This document shows positions 58,802 to 64,000 of a stretch of DNA of 64,000 bases, one piece after another. The position numbers and the translations under genes are program-made. Every line of letters begins with the position of its first letter. Within the stretch, counting starts at the first letter, position 1. This DNA comes from an archaeon. Its GTDB lineage: Archaea > Nanobdellota > Nanobdellia > SCGC-AAA011-G17 > PNOQ01. The notes below the pieces were generated by a model. It worked only from the letters and a program-made list of their open reading frames with translations. It had not been told where the DNA came from and did not search any database. The stretch is from contig JABICB010000013.1 of NCBI GenBank assembly GCA_018652475.1, positions 244 to 64,243 of the forward strand. Direction: 5' to 3'.

Positions 58802-59518
58802 TTGTATTTTTTCTCAAAACACCATAATTCTACTAATTCTATGGTGAAAATAGCCCCAAAACGCAACATATATAAAGAACTATTGCGAAAAATAAGTATG
58901 TTTAAAGAAAGTAAATCTCAGAGTTCTAGGAATAAATCAAAGTATAATATTTACTATTTACAAATGCCAGAAATAAACAAAATAATTGATGCTGCAAAAA
59001 ATTTAAGGGATGCAACTGTAATAAAAATTTTGGCAAGAACTGGGATGAGGAGATTTGAATTATGTCATATTAAAGTACAAGATATAGATTTTGAAAAAAG
59101 AAGAATTTTTATTTCAAAAGCTAAGGGAAATAAACAAAGAACTGTACCAATAGATCAAGATACGTTACAAACAATTCGGTTTTATATGAGGTCTCGACAA
59201 TACGGTAAACTAATACAAAGTAATAAGAAAAATGTAGATGGGATTGATGAAAGTAGGATAAACGCAATAGTGAAGAATACTGCTCTTAGGGCAGGAATAA
59301 AGCACCCTGATCCATCGAAAAAAAACATGAACCCTCATATATTCAGGCACAGTTTTATACGTCATTTGATCAAACAAAATGTACCTCCCAATTACGTTCA
59401 ACAAATAGCTGGACATGCAGATATAAGGACCACATTACAGATGTATGGTATTCCTGGAATTTCAGATGTTCAAGAAAAATATGAGGAAATTTCTAGTACT
59501 TTTTATAATAATCCTTGA
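58802..59518 (+). CDS. Short tyrosine recombinase/integrase: catalytic domain only, with no core-binding N-domain. The likely real start is the ATG at about 58841.
   Basis: Box I Arg is in VIKILARTGMRRFELCHIKVQDID. K is in SKAKGNKQRTVPI. Box II is HIFRHSFIRHLIKQNVPPNYVQQIAGHADIRTTLQMY (H-x-x-R ... catalytic Y). Confidence 0.8.
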   Translation: MYFFSKHHNSTNSMVKIAPKRNIYKELLRKISMFKESKSQSSRNKSKYNIYYLQMPEINKIIDAAKNLRDATVIKILARTGMRRFELCHIKVQDIDFEKRRIFISKAKGNKQRTVPIDQDTLQTIRFYMRSRQYGKLIQSNKKNVDGIDESRINAIVKNTALRAGIKHPDPSKKNMNPHIFRHSFIRHLIKQNVPPNYVQQIAGHADIRTTLQMYGIPGISDVQEKYEEISSTFYNNP

Positions 59519-59622
59519 GGCTGTATGAATTTATTAATAAATTTCACCGTCGGTAAAAGTTACAAAAGATTTATATACTATAAAACCAAAAAAAGAGTGT
59601 TTTTAAAAAAGGAGGCACAAAA

Positions 59623-59856
59623 ATGGGTAAAATTATACTTAAAGGTGTTGTAGAAAGAAAGCCAGGTCACTTGTACTATATCGACGGTAAAGGTAATGTA
59701 TGTGAGGCTAAAATGGCAAGAGGCGGAAAGAAGAAAAAAAAGAAGCCAGCAGCTAAAAAAACTGTCAAAAAAGTTGTAAAAAAGACAGTAAAGAAAAAAA
59801 TAACTGCAAAAAAAACTACAGCAAAAAAAAAGCCAGCTAAAAAGAAAAAGAAATAA
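59623..59856 (+). CDS. Small Lys-rich basic protein with a histone-H1-like (AKKx)n tail.
   Basis: A strong SD (AAGGAGG) lies 8 nt upstream. The protein is MGKIILKGVVERKPGHLYYIDGKGNVCEAKMARGG followed by KKKKKKPAAKKTVKKVVKKTVKKKITAKKTTAKKKPAKKKKK. Confidence 0.5.
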   Translation: MGKIILKGVVERKPGHLYYIDGKGNVCEAKMARGGKKKKKKPAAKKTVKKVVKKTVKKKITAKKTTAKKKPAKKKKK

Positions 59857-59905
59857 ATAATTTATTTTTTTATTTTTTTATTTTAAAGAAATTTTCTAGA
59901 TTTTT
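59857..59905. terminator. T-rich bidirectional terminator between convergent genes.
   Basis: Runs of T7-T8 (tttatttttttatttttttatttt) lie immediately after the stop of 59623..59856 and after the convergent 59870..60277. Confidence 0.4.
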
Positions 59906-60277
59906 ATTAGATTTTTTAGGTACATTTTGTAATCTTCTCCATCCGATCACTTCTAATCTACTCAAATTGGCACAATTGGGGCATTTAGTAGGTTTATGTT
60001 CTGAAAGCTTATTTGACATCCATTCCCAGTTGCATGAATGACATAACATAATGTACCTAACTGCTCCTTGTGCTTGTAATCCTCCAAATTTGACCTCTCT
60101 GGCATATATTATGATAAATAAGGAAATTAATCCAACAATAAATATAGAAATGAAAAGTGAGAGTAAAAATTTATCAAGAATTATTTTACTAAAAAGAAAA
60201 GAAAAATATAATGTAATAGTTGAAAAGATATAGAAAATAATAAGAAAAAATAGTTTTTTTGAAAAGAGTGAGTTCAT
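59870..60277 (-). CDS. Membrane protein with a C-terminal zinc ribbon.
   Basis: Two N-terminal TM helices. Then CHSCNWEWMSNKLSEHKPTKCPNCANL, two CxxC pairs. Confidence 0.35.
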   Translation of the reverse strand: MNSLFSKKLFFLIIFYIFSTITLYFSFLFSKIILDKFLLSLFISIFIVGLISLFIIIYAREVKFGGLQAQGAVRYIMLCHSCNWEWMSNKLSEHKPTKCPNCANLSRLEVIGWRRLQNVPKKSNKNLENFFKIKK

Positions 60278-60308
60278 AAAAAAGAATAAGTGGGGAAAAT
60301 ATATAAAA

Positions 60309-61013
60309 TTACCCCAAATAACTCATATCTTTTTTTTCTTTTTGAACTTTGACATTTTTTGTATTTTGTAGAATATTTTTTATTTTGCTTTCAACCACCA
60401 TTGCCTGCTTTAAGAGAGGGTTATAATCCACATTTAATCCCAAATATGCATCAAGTGTTTTAACTATGCTTGCTGCAGCTCGACTATCGGGTAATTTAGA
60501 TTTAGTTTCAGCAAATATGCATGATAGTGGAGTTTTTTTAGTCTTCAATAATAATGCAGCAGTCAAACCGACGATAATTCCTTCATTTAGTGGTTTTATT
60601 CCTGCCTTTTCAAATCGTTTTTTATTAACTTTACTATGATAATAAACAGATTCCTTTCCTTTCTTCCCTAACAATCCTACTCCTTCTATACTAATAATCT
60701 CTTTAGCAGAAAGTTGTATTGCTAGTGTAGAGATGGCGTCTGCAAGCTTCCATTCTATTCCCTTAACTTCAGAGATTGCATGAACTATCAATAAATTATA
60801 TTTTTTAGAATAGAACAAACCGATTGGATCAACAACTTCTTCTTCATGGATAGCAACCATAGGGTGCATTTCATTAATCCATATAGAACCTATTTGCTCT
60901 GCATTTAAATGGTCAATCAGGAATTCAGTAGTTATAGTACCAACCAATCCAAATCCAGGAAAACCTTCGACAATAGTAACATTCTTTGGCCTCTTCTTTA
61001 ATTCTATTTCCAT
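60309..61013 (-). CDS. PAC2-family proteasome assembly chaperone (PbaA/PbaB-like).
   Basis: The N-terminal NVTIVEGFPGFGLVGTITTEFLIDHL matches the PAC2 start (GFPG.GLVG). The size is about 234 aa. Confidence 0.6.
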   Translation of the reverse strand: MEIELKKRPKNVTIVEGFPGFGLVGTITTEFLIDHLNAEQIGSIWINEMHPMVAIHEEEVVDPIGLFYSKKYNLLIVHAISEVKGIEWKLADAISTLAIQLSAKEIISIEGVGLLGKKGKESVYYHSKVNKKRFEKAGIKPLNEGIIVGLTAALLLKTKKTPLSCIFAETKSKLPDSRAAASIVKTLDAYLGLNVDYNPLLKQAMVVESKIKNILQNTKNVKVQKEKKDMSYLG

Positions 61014-61098
61014 AAACTGATTTTACTCGAAGAGATTTATATATTTTTCTATAGAATAAATAATAAAATATATAAATTCCAAATTCCAAAATTAATCC

Positions 61099-61872
61099 AT
61101 GGTTGACATAAAACTTTTACATTTTATTAAGGATGGAATAAAAAAAGGATATTCTCATACTGAATTAAAATCAATCTTAAAAGAGAATGGGTGGGATGAT
61201 ACAGAAATAGAATCCACCTTGACATCTTTAAAAAAACCAAGGCTCCAAGAATCTCAACCCCTCCCTATACAGAAGTCAAATTTAAATCTTCTAAATAAAT
61301 TTATCAAAACATCATTACAAAAAGGTGCACGTGAACATGAAATAAGGCTGGCACTATTATCCAAGGGATGGCCAGTTGAAAAGATAAATAAAGCATTTAT
61401 TCGGTTAAAAGAAAATCGCCCAATTCAACCACAGGCAGAACAATCATTAGAAATGGTGGGCTATGCGGCTAAGAAACCACTACAAAAAAAAGAAACAATA
61501 AAAACTGAAGAAAAACCTAAAACACATTTCAAAATAGATGGAAGAAAAATTTTAATTTATATTTTGAGTTTTATCCTGATCACCGCAATAATCTCTGGAA
61601 CCTTTTCAGTATTCTATTTCATGCTAGGAATTAATTCTCATGAAGGTAATTGTAATTCAGGACTTTGTGCAGATACAAAAGATTATGCAATGAACTATGC
61701 AATTGACAATATGTTTATGGCATTGATAATAAGTTCTATTCTTGCATTTGCAGTAGTATTAACTTACGCATTTATTCCAAATAAAGATATATTACTATGG
61801 ATAGTAAATTTATTTTACTTATTATTTACTTTATTCATAGCATTTCTCTGGTTAAAATTTGTTACTAAATAA
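61099..61872 (+). CDS. Membrane protein with a duplicated N-terminal cytoplasmic module.
   Basis: An internal repeat is visible: IKDGIKKGYSHTELKSILKENGWDDTEIESTL and IKTSLQKGAREHEIRLALLSKGWPVEKINKAF. Three C-terminal TM helices follow. Confidence 0.35.
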   Translation: MVDIKLLHFIKDGIKKGYSHTELKSILKENGWDDTEIESTLTSLKKPRLQESQPLPIQKSNLNLLNKFIKTSLQKGAREHEIRLALLSKGWPVEKINKAFIRLKENRPIQPQAEQSLEMVGYAAKKPLQKKETIKTEEKPKTHFKIDGRKILIYILSFILITAIISGTFSVFYFMLGINSHEGNCNSGLCADTKDYAMNYAIDNMFMALIISSILAFAVVLTYAFIPNKDILLWIVNLFYLLFTLFIAFLWLKFVTK

Positions 61873-61920
61873 ACAAAAGTTTTTTAAGGCAAAATTTAAC
61901 CTATTATTTAATTATTTTTT

Positions 61921-61995
61921 GGGCTCATAACTCAGCCTGGTCAGAGTGCATGGCTCTTAACCATGAAGCCGCGGGTTCGAATCCCGTTGGGCCCA
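61921..61995 (+). tRNA. tRNA-Lys (anticodon CUU).
   Basis: Hand-folded cloverleaf. The acceptor GGGCTCA pairs with TGGGCCC. D-arm ACTC/GAGT. Anticodon stem CATGG/CCATG with loop CTCTTAA, anticodon CTT. T-arm GCGGG-TTCGAAT-CCCGT. Discriminator A. Followed by T9. The G+C content is far above the local background. Confidence 0.85.
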
Positions 61996-62077
61996 TTTTT
62001 TTTTAACACAAATCATAGAAAGGTTTAAATAAATAAATAAATAATGCATTCTTATTATATTTAAGTGGTGATAATTT

Positions 62078-64000
62078 ATGAACATTAAAAAGAAAAGTAT
62101 GTGGATATTGTTGGTATTATTATTTGGTTCTATTTTTTTCATTTCTGAATCAGTTAAAGCAGATAACGATTGGCTAAATGTCGAAAAGCCTGCTGGCAAA
62201 ATAAATGTAGATGCACAAGATTTAGAAGTATCACCAATTAATTCTTGGCGAAATATTTATTGTGGTAAAACTCTTTGTGGTTATGCAGGGGAATGTGCCA
62301 ATAATGAAATGTGCCAGGTTAGAAAAAGATGGGTATGGCCAAGGCCTCATATTCAAGAATCATCTAGAAGTCCGATCAATATTCAAAAGATAAATACAAA
62401 AAGGATTACCGCTATTGAAGATAGTATAAATATTAATGAACAAGTAGATAAATTAGAAGATGAAAAAAATATATTAAAAAATTTAAGATATTATTTTTTT
62501 AATCAATTCAGATGTCACGAATCAACACTTTGTGTAAATTCGTGTGAAGATGGAGTTGACAATGATGGTGATGCCAATTTAGATGCAGTAATAATTGAAT
62601 CTGCGGAAACATATTTTGAAGAAAATAATATTCAAGGAGTCAGTCTTTCTGAAGAAAATTGTAATAATAGTGGAGAGGATCCAAGAACTGAAGAAAGTAA
62701 TTGTATGTTATTATTCAATGATGCATATGATGATCCGGAATTTCTGATTAGTGGAATGGGGGCATGCACAAATGAAGAGATACAAGGGCAGACAAGAGAA
62801 ATAGTAGTACCTTATTCAGAAAATTGTGATCCTAATTATAATAGGGTGTCAGTTTCGAATCCAATTTATGAAGCATTCGGAGACATACTAGATAATTCAA
62901 ATTTATGTGAATCTGCCTTTACTTGGTGTTGCATAGATATGTCTTCAGAGGCATATAATAATACTGGAGTGATAGGTGGAGTAAATAATTTCAGATATTG
63001 CGGGGATGGCTACTGTCAAGGGTGGCAAGGCGGCATTTCCACAGGAAATGAATCAGATTTAGAAGAAGGTTGGACTTTGGAAACAGCAGAATCACATTTT
63101 AGTTGTTCATGGGCAGATTCCACTGGAACGATTAATCATGATTGTACTTCTACTGGGATAGATTGTGATTGGATTCAGTGGGTAGGTCAAGAAGATTATG
63201 AGTCTTGTCAAAGTGGAGATTTAACTGAAATAGATGGAAGTGAAGTTCAAATAAATTGGATAAATTCTACGGGCTGTAGTTTTGGAGAGCATAGGAGATC
63301 TTGTACAGTTGGAGGTTTTCATTGGACTGAGTGGGATTTTTGTGATGGTATAAATCCAACAGAATATAATTATGAAGAAACTTGTAATGATAATTTAGAT
63401 GGAGATTGTGACGGAGATACAGATAGTTATGATGCTGACTGTGGTAGTTGTATAGATGGAACAATTGAAAATCAGCAATGTGGGGTATCTAATATAGGGC
63501 AATGTGCAATGGGTGTAGAATATTCAGACTGTACCTTTACTGGTAGATTTTGGGAACAAGGCTCATGGCATGATTGTACTGCGACTCTTCCAGATGTCGA
63601 ACAATGTAATGATGGAATAGACAATGACTGTGATGGTGATATAGATAGTTTAGATGAAGAATGTGGCAGTTGTATAGATGGAACACTTGATACACAATCT
63701 TGTGGGGAAACAGAGATAGGTATTTGTACCTTGGGTACAGAATATTCAGACTGTGAATATAATTCAGATACCGACAGATGGAATTATGGGGGATGGTATG
63801 GTTGTACTGCAACTTTCCCACAAACAGAGCAATGTAATGATATAGATAGTTTTGATGAAGATTGTGATGGGACTTCAAATGACGAAGATGAAGAATGTGG
63901 CAGTTGTGTCATGGGTGATAGCCTAGATAGATCTTGTGGAAATTCAGAGATAGGTATTTGTACCTTGGGTACAGAATATTCAGACTGTGAATGGACTGGA
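62078..64000 (+). CDS. Secreted Cys-rich repeat protein with MopE-like (CxDxDxDCDG) putative metal/Ca-binding modules. The 3' end is partial and runs off the window.
   Basis: Not in the ORF track because there is no stop within the window. I translated it manually. Signal peptide MNIKKKSMWILLVLLFGSIFFISESVKA. Repeated modules are CNDGIDNDCDGDIDSLDEECGSCIDGT...SCGETEIGICTLGTEYSDCE. A GGTGA SD lies 8 nt upstream. Confidence 0.6.
   Translation, partial: MNIKKKSMWILLVLLFGSIFFISESVKADNDWLNVEKPAGKINVDAQDLEVSPINSWRNIYCGKTLCGYAGECANNEMCQVRKRWVWPRPHIQESSRSPINIQKINTKRITAIEDSININEQVDKLEDEKNILKNLRYYFFNQFRCHESTLCVNSCEDGVDNDGDANLDAVIIESAETYFEENNIQGVSLSEENCNNSGEDPRTEESNCMLLFNDAYDDPEFLISGMGACTNEEIQGQTREIVVPYSENCDPNYNRVSVSNPIYEAFGDILDNSNLCESAFTWCCIDMSSEAYNNTGVIGGVNNFRYCGDGYCQGWQGGISTGNESDLEEGWTLETAESHFSCSWADSTGTINHDCTSTGIDCDWIQWVGQEDYESCQSGDLTEIDGSEVQINWINSTGCSFGEHRRSCTVGGFHWTEWDFCDGINPTEYNYEETCNDNLDGDCDGDTDSYDADCGSCIDGTIENQQCGVSNIGQCAMGVEYSDCTFTGRFWEQGSWHDCTATLPDVEQCNDGIDNDCDGDIDSLDEECGSCIDGTLDTQSCGETEIGICTLGTEYSDCEYNSDTDRWNYGGWYGCTATFPQTEQCNDIDSFDEDCDGTSNDEDEECGSCVMGDSLDRSCGNSEIGICTLGTEYSDCEWTG
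63400..64000. repeat. Intragenic tandem repeats of about 240 nt (at least 3 copies) in the Cys-rich protein gene.
   Basis: Exact 45-nt matches gagataggtatttgtaccttgggtacagaatattcagactgtgaa occur at about 63706 and 63946. gaatgtggcagttgt occurs at about 63661 and 63895, and a similar copy at about 63430-63540. Confidence 0.7.

Noticed and set aside
58802-61995. SSV-type integration, in which the int gene is split by insertion into a tRNA.
   Set aside because: The recombinase is 2.4 kb from the tRNA. I could find no copy of the tRNA 3' half (…GGGTTCGAATCCCGT…) elsewhere in the window, so an att duplication is not demonstrable here.
61957-62199. Minus-strand 80-aa ORF overlapping the tRNA-Lys and the promoter of the Cys-rich protein gene.
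   Set aside because: It overlaps a confidently folded tRNA and the signal-peptide region of a plus-strand gene. It is low-complexity and spurious.
1-64000. rRNA genes and CRISPR arrays.
   Set aside because: No GC-rich structured stretch of rRNA length was seen, and no regularly spaced direct repeats with unique spacers anywhere in the window.

Overview
The window is a very AT-rich (about 30% G+C by eye), gene-dense archaeal chromosome segment. Genes are short, many overlap at ATGA/GTGA start-stop junctions, and small Cys-rich surface proteins are common. This fits a small-genome, DPANN-like archaeon.

The core information-processing genes are unambiguous from motifs:
- Cdc6/Orc1, PolD small and PolD large in a single operon directly downstream of a 430-bp AT-rich gap that I read as a putative oriC.
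- RadA, an RPA-like ssDNA-binding protein, Hef helicase-nuclease, family-4 UDG and a GINS-like protein.
- The conserved archaeal L44e-S27e-aIF2alpha-Nop10 cluster, aEF-1beta with its Zn-ribbon partner, and ArgRS.
- Membrane LonB, PAN and a PAC2 proteasome chaperone.
- RNase Z, tRNA-splicing endonuclease, a Trm11-like methyltransferase and a 2H phosphoesterase.
- One tRNA-Lys(CUU).

Interspersed with these are accessory-looking loci:
- The main candidate system is a roughly 10-kb minus-strand operon (22673..32886). It encodes a FlaI/GspE/VirB11-type secretion ATPase, a FlaJ/TadC-like polytopic platform protein, and at least eleven consecutive overlapping genes. Several of these carry archaeal class-III (type IV pilin) signal peptides (KKG|Q, KKG|E, KKG|F, KKG|L); two are shorter than 60 aa and are missing from the ORF track.
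- A GxGD prepilin peptidase (18417..19289) lies 3 kb away from that operon.
- Several clusters of secreted Cys-rich, TM-anchored surface proteins: 1333..4331, 12809..17355 (one with a tandem 27-nt acidic repeat), and a MopE-like repeat protein at 62078-end.
- Three tandem paralogous membrane proteins (34031..35571).
- A small island (about 55.8-60.3 kb) holding a short catalytic-domain-only tyrosine recombinase, two convergent HTH paralogs, a Lys-rich H1-like basic protein and small membrane proteins, upstream of tRNA-Lys.

No rRNA and no CRISPR array were seen. All product calls rest on motif recognition by eye; no database search was possible.
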